Part shown: one piece after another, positions 42,146 through 52,468 of the stretch | Position numbering within the stretch: the stretch's first letter is position 1 | Layout: every line of letters starts with the position of its first letter | Assembly: GCA_037388025.1 (NCBI GenBank) | Contig: JARRKO010000011.1 | Span: 861-64,860 of the forward strand | Source of the DNA: Syntrophobacterales bacterium | Lineage (GTDB): Bacteria > Desulfobacterota > Desulfobaccia > Desulfobaccales > 0-14-0-80-60-11 | DNA length: 64,000 nucleotides | Direction: 5' to 3' | Made by a program: the position numbers and the translations under genes | The notes under the pieces: model-generated | What the model was told of the DNA's origin: nothing | The model's database searches: none | Seen by the model: the letters and a program-made list of their open reading frames with translations, nothing else

Positions 42146-42430
42146 ATGGCCCTAACCCGAGAAGAAGTGCTCCATGTGGCGGAGCTGGCCCGCCTCACCC
42201 TCAACCCGGAGGAAGTGGACCTCTTTACCCGCCAACTCAACGACATTTTGACCTACGTGCAGAAGTTGCAGGAAGTGGATACCGCGGGAGTACCTCCCCT
42301 GGCCCACCCCGTGTCAATTTTTAACGTATTCCGAGAAGATGAGACCGTGCCGGGCCTGTCCCGGGACGAAGGTCTGTCCAATGCTCCGGCCCCGGCGGAG
42401 GGGAGCTTCTCGGTGCCGAGGGTCATCTAG
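42146..42430 (+). CDS. gatC: Asp/Glu-tRNA amidotransferase subunit C
   Basis: EEVLHVAELARL, NVFRED, NAP and FSVPRVI motifs; ATG at 42146. Confidence 0.95.
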   Translation: MALTREEVLHVAELARLTLNPEEVDLFTRQLNDILTYVQKLQEVDTAGVPPLAHPVSIFNVFREDETVPGLSRDEGLSNAPAPAEGSFSVPRVI

Positions 42431-43900
42431 GTGGCGGGGATGGCAGAAGACTTGTGCCGCTTGAGCATCAGTGGGCTCACCCCCCTGCTTTCCCGAAGGG
42501 AGATCTCCCCGGTGGAAGCGGTGGAGGCCTTTCTGGCCCGCATTACCGCCAAGGACCCGCAGCTCAACACCTTCATCACCGTGGACGAAGAGGGTGCTTT
42601 GGCCCAGGCCCGGGAAGCGGAAGCCAGGTTGGCTCGGGGAGAAACCGGCGCGCTTTTGGGGGTGCCCCTGTCCATCAAGGACATCCTGGCCACCAAGGGT
42701 TTGCGCACCACCTGCGGCTCCCGCATTCTGGAAAATTATGTGCCCCCCTTCGACGCCACGGTCTGCACCCGCTTGCGCCAGGCGGGCGCGGTGTTTTTGG
42801 GCAAGACCAACATGGACGAGTTCGCCATGGGTTCCTCCACCGAAAACTCGGCTTCCGGGATCACCCATAACCCGTGGCGGCGGGAGTGCATTCCCGGGGG
42901 CAGCAGCGGCGGGTCCGCCGCGGCGGTGGTCTCAGATTTGTGCACCGCGTCGGTGGCCTCGGACACCGGCGGCTCCATCCGCCAGCCCGCGTCCCACTGC
43001 GGGGTGGTGGGGCTCAAGCCCACTTATGGGCGGGTGTCCCGCTTCGGCCTGGTGGCCTATGCCTCATCTTTGGATCAGGTGGGTCCGGTCACCAAGGAGG
43101 TACGAGACGCAGCCCTGTTGCTGAATGTTCTGGCCGGCCACGACCCGAGGGACTCCACCGCGGTGCCGGCGCCGGTGCCGGACTATCTGGAGAACCTGGG
43201 GCAAGACCTCAAGGGGCTTAAGATCGGGGTGCCCCGGGAATATTTGGGGGAGGGCCTGGATCCGGAGGTCGAGGGGGCGGTGCGGGCGGCTCTGAAAACC
43301 CTGGAGGGTCAAGGCGCCGACATCATTGAGGTGTCTTTACCCCACACCGAGTATGCGGTGGCCACCTATTACATCATCGCCATGGCTGAGGCTTCGTCGA
43401 ACCTGGCCCGCTATGACGGAGTGAAGTACGGCTTCCGGGCCCCGGGAGGCAATCTCCTGGAGATGTATGCCCAGACCCGCACCCAGGGGTTCGGGGCTGA
43501 AGTGCGCCGCCGCATCATGATCGGCACCTACACGCTGTCCGCCGGATATTATGAGGCTTACTATCGCAAAGCCTCCCAGGTGCGCACCCTGATGAAGCGG
43601 GACTTTGATCAGGCCTTTGAAACCTGCGCGGTGTTGGCCACCCCGGTGGCGCCCACTCCCGCGTTCCGTCTGGGGGAAAAAGTGGATGATCCCCTGACCA
43701 TGTACCTCACGGATATATTTACCAATCCCGCCAATCTGGCCGGGGTTCCGGGCATTTCGGTGCCCTGCGGTTTTAGCGGCGACGGCCGTCCCATCGGACT
43801 GCAGCTCATGGGGCCGACCTTCGGGGAGCCGGTGGTGCTCCAGGTGGCCCATGCCTTTGAGCAGGCCACTGACTTTCATTTACGGAAACCGGAGATTTAG
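42431..43900 (+). CDS. gatA: Asp/Glu-tRNA amidotransferase subunit A
   Basis: [36 protein letters not shown] and SSNLARYDG motifs. Confidence 0.97.
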   Translation: MAGMAEDLCRLSISGLTPLLSRREISPVEAVEAFLARITAKDPQLNTFITVDEEGALAQAREAEARLARGETGALLGVPLSIKDILATKGLRTTCGSRILENYVPPFDATVCTRLRQAGAVFLGKTNMDEFAMGSSTENSASGITHNPWRRECIPGGSSGGSAAAVVSDLCTASVASDTGGSIRQPASHCGVVGLKPTYGRVSRFGLVAYASSLDQVGPVTKEVRDAALLLNVLAGHDPRDSTAVPAPVPDYLENLGQDLKGLKIGVPREYLGEGLDPEVEGAVRAALKTLEGQGADIIEVSLPHTEYAVATYYIIAMAEASSNLARYDGVKYGFRAPGGNLLEMYAQTRTQGFGAEVRRRIMIGTYTLSAGYYEAYYRKASQVRTLMKRDFDQAFETCAVLATPVAPTPAFRLGEKVDDPLTMYLTDIFTNPANLAGVPGISVPCGFSGDGRPIGLQLMGPTFGEPVVLQVAHAFEQATDFHLRKPEI

Positions 43901-43972
43901 GCGTCCAACGACGGTCATTCATGGTTAGTACCATTCACAGGTATTTCCCTCAGAATGTTTCTATCCCGTAAT

Positions 43973-44031
43973 GTAGGGGCCGACCCGTGTGTCGGCCCAT
44001 CAGCAGGGCGCACACACGGTTGCGCCCTTAC
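43973..44031. repeat. REP-like palindrome doublet (GTAG family)
   Basis: GTAG-GGGCCGAC-N6-GTCGGCCC followed by AGGGCGCA-N8-TGCGCCCT-TAC. Confidence 0.8.
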
Positions 44032-44101
44032 GATTTTTTTCCCGGGGAGCCAAGGGAGCAGATCACATCTTCTCATTTAAAGTCAACCCAGGGAGTTTGG
44101 G

Positions 44102-45391
44102 GCACTGGCCGGGGTAGCCGCGGCGGAAGAGGCCGCCGGCGTTCTCACCCTCCAAGAGGCCATTCAAATCTCTTTGAAGAAAAACCCCTCAGTTACCGAG
44201 TACAAAGAGCTCACCAACGCGGCCAAGGAACAGATCGGGGTCCAGCGCGGTGCTTTGCTCCCACGGGCCAGATTTGCTGGCAACTTGTTTTACGGCAACG
44301 CCTTTTCCAGCCGCCGAGCCGGAGGACAGGCGGCCGTCGCGGTCCCGGGCGGCCCCAGCGATGTCACCGCCATTTCCATCCCGGAAATTACCACCTTTGA
44401 GGTGTACCGTTTTTCTTTTGACCAATTGCTGTACGACTTTGGCAAAACCCCCAGCCAGGTGGCGGGTTCCAAAGCCAGTTACAAACAATCTCTGGAGGAT
44501 TACGCCAATACTCGGCAGGGGGTGGTGCTGACGGCTCGCACCGCGTATTTCGCCTATCTGGCTGCCCGGCGGGCCATCAAGGTGGCCGAGGAAAACGTCC
44601 GCCAGAACCAGGAACTTCTGAAACAAGCCCGAGCTTTCTACGACGTGGGCCTGAGGGCCAAAGTTGACGTCACCTTTGCTGAATCCAACCTGGCCAATGC
44701 CGAGACCGAACTGATCCGGGCCAAAAATCTGGCGGTCGTCTCCCGGGTGGAACTGATGACCGCATTGGGCCTCAAGACCTGGCCCTACAAGTCAGTGGAA
44801 GATGTTCTGGAGGTGACTCCGACACGCCAGTCTCTTGCGGCACTAAAAGCCAAAGCCCTCAAGCAACGGCCGGAACTCAAGAAAACGCTTTACCAGCAGA
44901 AGCAGGACGAGGCCAATATTCGTGTCGCCCGGGCGGATTTTCTGCCCTCCTTCTCTAGTTTTGCGGCCTACGGCACGGAGGGCAGCCGCCACGAACTGGA
45001 AGACGAATGGTGGATAGGCGCGGCGGTGAACGTACCCATTTTCGAAGGCTTGAGCAAGTATCACAACTTGAAACAGGCCAAAGCTCAGCTCAGGTCCACG
45101 CAAGCCAACACCGAGTCAGTGACGTTGACGGTGATCCGGGAAGTGGAGAGCCGTTACCAGGACCTGGAGTCCGCCTGGGAAGTGATCAAGTCCAGAACCA
45201 AGGCCAGGGAGGCGGCCTCGGAGAATTTGCGCCTGGCCTGGGGCCGCTATCGGGCTGGGGTGGGCAGCATCATCGAAGTCACCGATGCCCAGGTGAGATT
45301 CGCCCAGGCCGACCTGGAATTGGTGCGGGCTCTGTTTGACTACCGGGTGGTGGAAGGCAGGTTGGACAAGGCCATCGGCAAACCGTATTAA
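44102..45391 (+). pseudogene. TolC-family outer-membrane efflux protein, apparently 5'-truncated
   Basis: OEP repeats (QLLYDFG, NVPIFEG, YRAGVGSIIEV). The frame runs upstream of the TTG at 44174 through ALAGVAAAEE..LTLQEAI to an in-frame TAA at 44078 with no ATG/GTG/TTG. Confidence 0.65.
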
Positions 45392-45438
45392 ATTGACCTC
45401 GGCGAAGTTTTTAGAGAACCGCCGCCTCCCCCCTTAAT

Positions 45439-45472
45439 TCAGTAATCAGTGATCAGTGATCAGTAATCAGTA
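45439..45472. repeat. Heptamer tandem array, about 5 units of TCAGTRA
   Basis: TCAGTAA TCAGTGA TCAGTGA TCAGTAA TCAGTA. Confidence 0.9.
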
Positions 45473-45639
45473 TAAATGAAATCGGTGCCAAGCATTTTTG
45501 ATAATTGGCAACTGCTCACTGGCTGGCGCAGGGGGCTGGTTGTCCGCAGGAGTAGGGTTGGATTAACCTTTCGGGAGAGAAGGCCGATATCGTATTGAGA
45601 AAACCGGGGTAGGGGGTATTTCGACTATTATTGACTCGG

Positions 45640-46251
45640 TTAATAAAGCCCGAGCCACTTCAGGTCTCGGACAAATATCTCAGGTGAGGTGAATTGCCAG
45701 GCTGTCAATCCTTGTTCATGGGCGGCCTCCACAAAAGGCGCCTTGTCGTCCACGAAGAGACACTCGGAAGGGGGGAGGCCGATTTGCTCAATGAGGGCCA
45801 GGTAAATTCCCGGTTCCGGCTTGCGACTGCCGACCTCAAAGGACAAGATGAAGCGCTGGAAATGCTGCAGCAGAGCAAACCTCTCCTTGATATAAGCGAA
45901 ATGCAAGGCGTTGGTGTTGGACACCAGATACAGGGGGTATTGGGCTGACAGATGGCTGACTAGGTCCGCCATTAACTCCATGGGATCGAAAATATCGTTC
46001 CACCAGGCCGAAAACTGGGAAAAGGGGAGGTTCACGCCGAAATGAGCCGTGACCCGGTGGTGAAACTCCTCCGAGGTGAGGCGGCCCGTGTCATAACCGG
46101 GTTCGAGGTTTGATTCGAAGACCGTGGCATAGACCTCCTCCGGGGTGAGACCGGCCAGGTCGCCCAGACGGCGGCAAAAGCGGAAATGGTCCACTTTCAC
46201 CAGGACGTTGCCCAAGTCCAGAGCCAAGGCCTTGATGGCGGGGAAAATCAC
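45640..46251 (-). CDS. HAD-superfamily phosphatase (YihX-like)
   Basis: DLGNVL motif I, LVSNTN, RKPEPGIY and LFVDD; GTG at 46251 after GGAGG. Confidence 0.9.
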   Translation of the reverse strand: MIFPAIKALALDLGNVLVKVDHFRFCRRLGDLAGLTPEEVYATVFESNLEPGYDTGRLTSEEFHHRVTAHFGVNLPFSQFSAWWNDIFDPMELMADLVSHLSAQYPLYLVSNTNALHFAYIKERFALLQHFQRFILSFEVGSRKPEPGIYLALIEQIGLPPSECLFVDDKAPFVEAAHEQGLTAWQFTSPEIFVRDLKWLGLY

Positions 46252-46329
46252 AGCAAAGCCTCCAGCAGGTATTTTAGTGGAACTTAGGAAAATGACAATA
46301 CCCCTAAACATGGGAAAGACGAAGCGCGG

Positions 46330-46842
46330 ATGAACCGGCTTGGAAAGGTGCTGCGGGACGATTTCCTCTGGGCGGGGTACCTTCTGATCCTGGCCGTGCT
46401 TTTTGGCCTCTTCTATCAATGGCCGCTGGTCAAGATGGCCTGGCAGGGGGAGCTTGACGCCCACCTGGACAAGATGCGGGAGCAGCAGCGGGAGGTGGAA
46501 TTCAAGGGGGTGCCCACCCTGAAATTGCAAGAGGTCCACGATTTATGGCAGCAGGGGGAGGCCCTGTTCCTGGACGCCCGCAGTCCGGAGGAATTTGCCG
46601 AACTTCACATCCCCAAAGCCTTAAACTTGCCACTGGCGAAATTATCGGACTTACAAGACACCGGTATCCTGGGTTTGCCCCGGGATCGTCTGATCGTGGT
46701 GTATTGCGCCAAAGTCCAGTGCAACTCCGCCTTAAAGGTGGCCAAACATCTGCAAACCCTGGGTTTCCGCCGGGTAATGGCGTTTCTCGGGGGATTTCAA
46801 GCCTGGGATGAAGCGGGATACGAAGTGGACACCAGCTATTAG
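46330..46842 (+). CDS. Membrane-anchored rhodanese-like protein
   Basis: N-terminal TM helix; FLDARS..EF..HIPKA, VVYC and GGFQAW motifs. Confidence 0.88.
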   Translation: MNRLGKVLRDDFLWAGYLLILAVLFGLFYQWPLVKMAWQGELDAHLDKMREQQREVEFKGVPTLKLQEVHDLWQQGEALFLDARSPEEFAELHIPKALNLPLAKLSDLQDTGILGLPRDRLIVVYCAKVQCNSALKVAKHLQTLGFRRVMAFLGGFQAWDEAGYEVDTSY

Positions 46843-47791
46843 CGGGCTGGCCTGCCTGCTGGGATTGGCCCTGGGCGGGGTCTTTTTTTATGCCGGTCTG
46901 CAAAAGCGCCTGGAGCCTTACCAGTTTGCCGAAGCGATTCTGGCTTACGACCTGGTGCCCCTGTCCCTGGTGGGACTGGTGGCCGCGGTTCTTCCCTGGG
47001 TAGAGCTTACCAGCGGCTTTTTTCTGACCCTCGGCTACCTGCTGGAGATCACGGGTCGGCTGCTTGTCTGGCTGGGCTTCTCTTGGGGCAGCAAGCTGGT
47101 GGGCGGCATCAAGCGCCGCAGTTGTCTGTTGCTCATCATCCTGCAGCTGGTTCTCATCCTGCTGGTATTGTTCATCACCCTGGCCCGGGGCCTCAAGATC
47201 GACTGCGGTTGCGGCCTGTTCTGGGCCCGGCAGGTGGGCTGGGAAATCATCCTGGAAGATATGGCGATGATAGCCCTGGCGGTTTTTCTTTTCTGGTGGG
47301 ACCTGCCCGGGGAACAGGAGGTCCAATCTGAGGTCCGCCGGGCCATCGATGATTTTGAGGGGGACTACGCTTTTCTGTCCAACTTTACCCCGGCGCCGGT
47401 AATTCTGGAGGGGGTGAGGTATCCCACGGTGGAGCACGCGTATCAGGCGGCCAAGACTTTGGAACCGGGGAATCGAGAGAAGATAAGGCAGGCATCCACC
47501 CCCGGCTTGGCCAAGAAACTGGGACGTAAACTTGAGAAGCGTCCGGATTGGCCCGACCTGAAGGTGGACATTATGCGGGACCTGGTCCGGCAAAAGTTTG
47601 AGGAGCAGTCGGACCTGAAAAAACGTCTTTTGGCCACCGGGGAAATTGAACTGGTGGAAGGCAACACCTGGCATGACAATTTTTGGGGGGAGTGCCGCTG
47701 TGCCCGCTGTGCCGCCTTACCGGGACAGAACTGGCTGGGCCGCATTTTGATGGAGGTGCGGTCGCAGCTCAAGGAGGACGGTAAGGGCTAA
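46808..47791 (+). CDS. MauE/DoxX-family membrane domain fused to a C-terminal NADAR (YbiA-like) domain
   Basis: N-half GGVFFYAG.QK, LPWVEL and RGLKIDCGC; C-half FLSNF, YPTVEHAYQAAK, LVEGN..DNFWG and GQNWLGRILMEVR. Confidence 0.85.
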   Translation: MKRDTKWTPAISGLACLLGLALGGVFFYAGLQKRLEPYQFAEAILAYDLVPLSLVGLVAAVLPWVELTSGFFLTLGYLLEITGRLLVWLGFSWGSKLVGGIKRRSCLLLIILQLVLILLVLFITLARGLKIDCGCGLFWARQVGWEIILEDMAMIALAVFLFWWDLPGEQEVQSEVRRAIDDFEGDYAFLSNFTPAPVILEGVRYPTVEHAYQAAKTLEPGNREKIRQASTPGLAKKLGRKLEKRPDWPDLKVDIMRDLVRQKFEEQSDLKKRLLATGEIELVEGNTWHDNFWGECRCARCAALPGQNWLGRILMEVRSQLKEDGKG

Positions 47792-47855
47792 ACCCGCCAT
47801 CATCTTCTCGCGCCGCGGCCTCGACATATTCGGCCTCACCGGTTAAAATCATTAC

Positions 47856-48527
47856 ATGGCCAAATTTTTCAATTTCTGGGATCCCCTGGAACGGCGTTAC
47901 ATTTTTAATAGCTTTCTCATCGTGGTGGCCCTGGTGGAAGTCCTCATTTTCGTGGTCACCCTGATCTGGCAGATCGATGAGGGAGCGCTGGGCGGGCCGG
48001 TGAAGGTGGTTCCCTTTCCGTGGAAGGAATATTTTTTCACGGCCTTTACCGCTCCCCTGATCCTGCTTTTTCTTTTCGGCATGGTAGTCCGGGGTTTCCA
48101 GGCCTTCGGCCCGGAGCGAGAAGGGACGGATCAGCCCCGGACGGGCAAACCGGTGCGGCGGCGTCACCGCTTTCAGTTTTTCCTGGGTCTGGCGGCTTTA
48201 TTGGGGCTCCTCATTCTTTGGTTTTACGGCCAGCAGGTACTGGCCCTGGCGGCCCTGTTTTTTAAAACCCTGGGGCTGGGGGGCGCCTATCTGTTGGTGG
48301 CTGTGGTAGCCCTGGCGGCCCTGTACTTTCCGCTGCGCCTGATCCTGAATTATCGCTTGCAAAAAAAGGCCATGGAATACCAATACTTAGCGTATCTGGC
48401 GGACCGTCACGGTGTGGCGCTTGAGGAGCCCAAGGAACTGGAGGCCCCGACGCCCGAGGACAAAAATTCGCCAGGCGTGGATCAACCCCGTCTGGCTCCC
48501 CCGTCAACTTCCCGGCAGGACGGCTGA
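47856..48527 (+). CDS. Hypothetical membrane protein, about 4 TM
   Basis: 223-aa ORF with four hydrophobic stretches. Confidence 0.75.
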   Translation: MAKFFNFWDPLERRYIFNSFLIVVALVEVLIFVVTLIWQIDEGALGGPVKVVPFPWKEYFFTAFTAPLILLFLFGMVVRGFQAFGPEREGTDQPRTGKPVRRRHRFQFFLGLAALLGLLILWFYGQQVLALAALFFKTLGLGGAYLLVAVVALAALYFPLRLILNYRLQKKAMEYQYLAYLADRHGVALEEPKELEAPTPEDKNSPGVDQPRLAPPSTSRQDG

Positions 48528-48777
48528 GTGGGTACTTCTCAGATTGTTGAAATCCAATGCCAAAGCAAGGAAGCTAACATAAGGAATTAATTTGTGAAAT
48601 TTTTCCTTTACAGCAGTAGGGTATATGAGGTATGTATTAATATTTCCATAAGGAAGGAAAAAGGAAGACCGCGTAGAGATAAAGGGGGTGAGAACGCTAG
48701 GATATAGGGGTTGGTAATAACAAAACTTTTTTTAAGGATATGGAAAATCCAATCATCCAAAAGGAGGGTAGCAGCGG

Positions 48778-50850
48778 ATGGATATTATGAATTTTGCTTT
48801 GTTGTGTGGTCTGGTAGGCGTAGCCTACGGACTGTTCACCACTACCTGGGTGTTGAAGCAGGATCCCGGTTCCCCCAGAATGCAGGAGATCTCTGGTGCC
48901 GTGAGAGAAGGCGCCAGCGCCTTTCTGAACCGCCAGTACAAGTCGGTGGCCATGGTGGGGGTGGTGATTTTTGTGCTTCTCTTCGGGTTGGGCAAATACA
49001 CCGCCATTGGCTTTCTTATCGGCGCGATTGGTTCCGCTAGTGCCGGTTATGTGGGTATGTATGTGGCGGTGCGGGGGAATGTGCGCACGGCTCAGGCGGC
49101 CTTCACCAGCATGGCCCACGCCCTGAAGGTGGCCTTCCGGGGCGGTTCGGTCACTGGTCTTCTGGTAGTGGGTCTGGCCCTGATCTCCGTGGCCGGTTAC
49201 TACAAGTTCCTCATGGCGATTGACCCCAAACAAGCCATGCACGCCCTGATTGGTCTGGGCTTTGGATGCTCCCTGGTGTCGGTGTTTGCCCGGTTGGGCG
49301 GCGGCATTTACACCAAGGCTGCGGACGTGGGCGCCGACCTGGTGGGGAAGGTGGAAGCCGGCATCCCGGAGGACGACCCCCGCAACCCGGCGGTTATCGC
49401 CGACAACGTGGGCGACAACGTGGGTGACTGCGCCGGTATGGCCGCCGACCTCTACGAGACCTACGTGGTCACCGTGGTGGCCGCGATGCTTCTGGCCTTC
49501 ACCATTTACGGAGCCGGTTCCCCGGCCATTATCTTCCCGCTTCTCATCGGCGGTGTCTCCATCCTGGCTTCCGTCGTCGGCACCTTTTTCGTGCGCCTGG
49601 GGAAATCCCAGTACATCATGGGCGCCCTGTATAAAGGCCTGATCGTGGCAGGAGTTCTGGCGGTCATCGCTTTCTATTTCCTGGCTAACAAGTTTATGGG
49701 CGGTGTGGCTGCCAAGGCTGCGGCTAAAGGTGCTGCGGGCTTTGTGATTCCGCCCTTTAATGTCTTTCTGCTGGCCGTCATCGGCGTGGTACTCACCGGT
49801 CTCATCGTGGCCATCACCGAGTATTATACCTCCACGAAATTCAAGCCGGTGAAGTCCATCGCCTTCGCCTCCACCACCGGCCACGGCACCAACGTCATTC
49901 AGGGTCTGGCCATCTCCATGAAGGCCACCGCTCTGCCGGTGCTTGTCATCGTGGCAGCCATTTTGGCGGCCTTCAAACTGGGCGGCGGTCTGGTAAGTCC
50001 CGGCACCGGCCTGTATGCCATCGCCCTCACCGCGGTGGCCATGCTCTCCATGACCGGCATCGTGGTAGCCATTGACTCCTACGGGCCCATCACCGACAAC
50101 GCCGGTGGTATCGCGGAAATGGCCGAGCTGCCTGACGAAATCCGCGACATCACTGACCCGCTGGACGCGGTGGGCAATACCACCAAAGCCGTGACCAAGG
50201 GTTACGCCATCGGCTCCGCCGGTCTGGCCGCCCTGGTGCTCTTCGCCGAATACTCCCGCTCCTTCCCGGGCGTCATGAGCTTCGAGTTGTCCGATCCCCG
50301 GGTGCTGGCCGGCCTGTTCATCGGCGGTCTGTTGCCTTACCTCTTCGGGGCTCTGTGCATGGAGGCCGTGGGTAAGGCCGCGGGTGGCGTAGTTGAGGAA
50401 GTCCGGCGCCAGTTCCGGGAGATCCCCGGCATCATGGAAGGCGAGGCCAAGCCTGAATACGGCACCTGCGTGGACATCGTCACCAAGGGCGCCCTGCGTC
50501 AGATGATGGTCCCGGCCCTCATTCCGGTACTGTCTCCCATCATCGTGGGCTTCACTCCTGGTCTGGGTCCGGTGGCTTTGGGCGGCATGCTCATCGGCTC
50601 CATCGTGACGGGTCTGTTCCTGGCCATCGCCATGACCTCCGGCGGCGGCGCCTGGGACAACGCCAAGAAACACATTGAGGACGGCGTTTATGGCGGCAAG
50701 GGCTCCGATGCTCACAAAGCGGCGGTCACCGGCGACACCGTGGGCGACCCCTACAAGGACACTGCGGGTCCGGCCATCAACCCGATGATCAAGGTCGTGA
50801 ACATCGTGGCTCTGCTCATCGTGCCTTTGCTTATCAAGTTTTTACATTAA
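48778..50850 (+). CDS. hppA: Membrane H+-translocating pyrophosphatase, K+-independent type
   Basis: [26 protein letters not shown] (Lys form) and [10 protein letters not shown] motifs. Confidence 0.96.
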   Translation: MDIMNFALLCGLVGVAYGLFTTTWVLKQDPGSPRMQEISGAVREGASAFLNRQYKSVAMVGVVIFVLLFGLGKYTAIGFLIGAIGSASAGYVGMYVAVRGNVRTAQAAFTSMAHALKVAFRGGSVTGLLVVGLALISVAGYYKFLMAIDPKQAMHALIGLGFGCSLVSVFARLGGGIYTKAADVGADLVGKVEAGIPEDDPRNPAVIADNVGDNVGDCAGMAADLYETYVVTVVAAMLLAFTIYGAGSPAIIFPLLIGGVSILASVVGTFFVRLGKSQYIMGALYKGLIVAGVLAVIAFYFLANKFMGGVAAKAAAKGAAGFVIPPFNVFLLAVIGVVLTGLIVAITEYYTSTKFKPVKSIAFASTTGHGTNVIQGLAISMKATALPVLVIVAAILAAFKLGGGLVSPGTGLYAIALTAVAMLSMTGIVVAIDSYGPITDNAGGIAEMAELPDEIRDITDPLDAVGNTTKAVTKGYAIGSAGLAALVLFAEYSRSFPGVMSFELSDPRVLAGLFIGGLLPYLFGALCMEAVGKAAGGVVEEVRRQFREIPGIMEGEAKPEYGTCVDIVTKGALRQMMVPALIPVLSPIIVGFTPGLGPVALGGMLIGSIVTGLFLAIAMTSGGGAWDNAKKHIEDGVYGGKGSDAHKAAVTGDTVGDPYKDTAGPAINPMIKVVNIVALLIVPLLIKFLH

Positions 50851-50921
50851 CAGGTAAGTCTCTCGCCAAGGCGGCCTAAGTCTCTCGCTATGGCGCCAAG
50901 GCGCAAAGACAATGAAAAAAC

Positions 50922-50954
50922 AAAAGGCCGGTTCCAAAGGGAACCGGCCTTTTT
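50922..50954. terminator. Bidirectional intrinsic terminator after hppA
   Basis: AAAAGGCCGGTTCC-aaag-GGAACCGGCCTTTTT. Confidence 0.9.
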
Positions 50955-51118
50955 CTTGGCGCGTTAGCGTCATTGCGTGAGGATGACGTAGCGTGCTTCA
51001 AATTCCCCTTGGCGGCTCTGCGTGCAGGCGCAGTTCGGCGGCTTCATGGTGTTCTCCCAGACTTTCCAAAACTTCCGTCCATTCCAGGCCAATGGCTCGC
51101 CGCCTCTCGTCATAGGGG

Positions 51119-52468
51119 TTAAAGGTGATGGGTGGCAGTGGCGGCCGGACGCCGGGTGCATACAGCTTTCCAGGAGTGATATAAATCCAGTAATTCCACC
51201 GCTTCCTGAGCGATGGTTTTCACCGGGGCGATACCCCGGCGCAACCTTTCTTTAAGGTCCGGTCGGCGAAGGAGACGTAAGACGGAATGCCTCAGGCCCT
51301 CAGCGTCTCCGGGAGGAAAGAGCAGGCCGTTTTTGCCGTGGAGGACGATTTCCGGGAGACCCCCGGCCCGGGAGGCGATGACCGGCACCCCTAACATCAG
51401 GCTTTCCCGCGCCACCAGAGGATAATTTTCGAAATCAGAGCACATGACCAGGGCTGTGGCCCTGGCCATAATCCGAGGCAGGTCTGAGCGCTGGTAGGGT
51501 CCCCGGTAGCTGATATGGGGAAAGGGGGCGAGGGTTTGCCGCAAGGTTTGGCGCTGGTCCCGAGGGCACCCACCCCAGATCTCCAGAGCCGCTTGACCCT
51601 CCAAGGGCGTAAAGGCCTTCACCGCCAAATCCAAGCGCTTCACCGGGATGATATTCCCCAAAAAGACAAAAAGGGGAGGAGCTTCGGAATCCGCGTCAAG
51701 GGCCGGACCCAGGTCGTCCAAACCCAGGGGCAGATGGATGATGCCCCCCGGAGCCACCCCGCAGCGGTAGTGCAGGTTTCGCAGAAATCGGGAGGGAGAC
51801 AACAAACGGCAACAGGACAGCATGGTTTGCACGTAGTCCCGGCGAATTGTCAGGATATGGAGAAGCTTTTGTTTGTCTTCCTTGGTGGGCTCCTCGAGCC
51901 AGGATTCCAGGCAGGTGGCGCAGCGGTCCAGGTCTTTGGGACTGTCACAAAAACCCTGGGCATTGATACAGTGCAGCAGCGGACAGAGGTACCAGGCGTC
52001 GTGCAGGGTCAGGACTACGGGCAGCCCCCGTTCCCAAGCCACTTCGAGAAGAGAGATGGAGCTGAGGTAGGTGTGGTGAAAATGCACCAAATCCACCGGA
52101 TGCCGCTGCAAGATATCCCGAAAGGCCGCTTCGAAGCCGGGATGACGCAAATGCGTCAAAAAATTTTGATTGCGCCGGGCAAACTGCAACAGAGGCAGGT
52201 CCAGCAGCCGGGTTTGCCGCCAGGGGATGGCGTCCTGGGAGTTTTGGGCGGGGGGGCCCTCGGGCGCCAGAAACAAGACCTCCACTCCCAGGTCTGCCAG
52301 GGCTTTCCCCAAGTTGGCCACATAGCTTTCCGTCCCGGCCTGGGGCTCCTCCACCAGACAGTGGGTCACCTGGAGCACCCGCAATTTTCCGGCGGCCGTC
52401 CTCTCGGCTTCCGGAAAGGGGAGGGAACCTTGGAAAAGGGGTTCCGGGGGATTACAGGCCGGCAGCAT
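51119..52468 (-). CDS. Glycosyltransferase family 4 (GT-B)
   Basis: GTESY, DLVHFHH, TLHDAWYLCP and ENYPLVARES..GVPVIASRAGGLPE motifs; ATG at 52468 overlapping the upstream stop. Confidence 0.9.
   Translation of the reverse strand: MLPACNPPEPLFQGSLPFPEAERTAAGKLRVLQVTHCLVEEPQAGTESYVANLGKALADLGVEVLFLAPEGPPAQNSQDAIPWRQTRLLDLPLLQFARRNQNFLTHLRHPGFEAAFRDILQRHPVDLVHFHHTYLSSISLLEVAWERGLPVVLTLHDAWYLCPLLHCINAQGFCDSPKDLDRCATCLESWLEEPTKEDKQKLLHILTIRRDYVQTMLSCCRLLSPSRFLRNLHYRCGVAPGGIIHLPLGLDDLGPALDADSEAPPLFVFLGNIIPVKRLDLAVKAFTPLEGQAALEIWGGCPRDQRQTLRQTLAPFPHISYRGPYQRSDLPRIMARATALVMCSDFENYPLVARESLMLGVPVIASRAGGLPEIVLHGKNGLLFPPGDAEGLRHSVLRLLRRPDLKERLRRGIAPVKTIAQEAVELLDLYHSWKAVCTRRPAATATHHL

Noticed and set aside
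39994..43900. Split transketolase and gatCA without gatB as novelties
   Set aside because: Both arrangements are common in bacteria.
48697..50715. 672-aa ORF antisense to hppA
   Set aside because: Shadow frame of a GC3-biased gene, with no recognisable motifs and fully overlapping a confident CDS.
50970..51161. Short minus-strand ORFs downstream of the GT4 gene
   Set aside because: One frame looks vaguely protein-like, but it has no clear start or motif and may be a remnant that cannot be supported.
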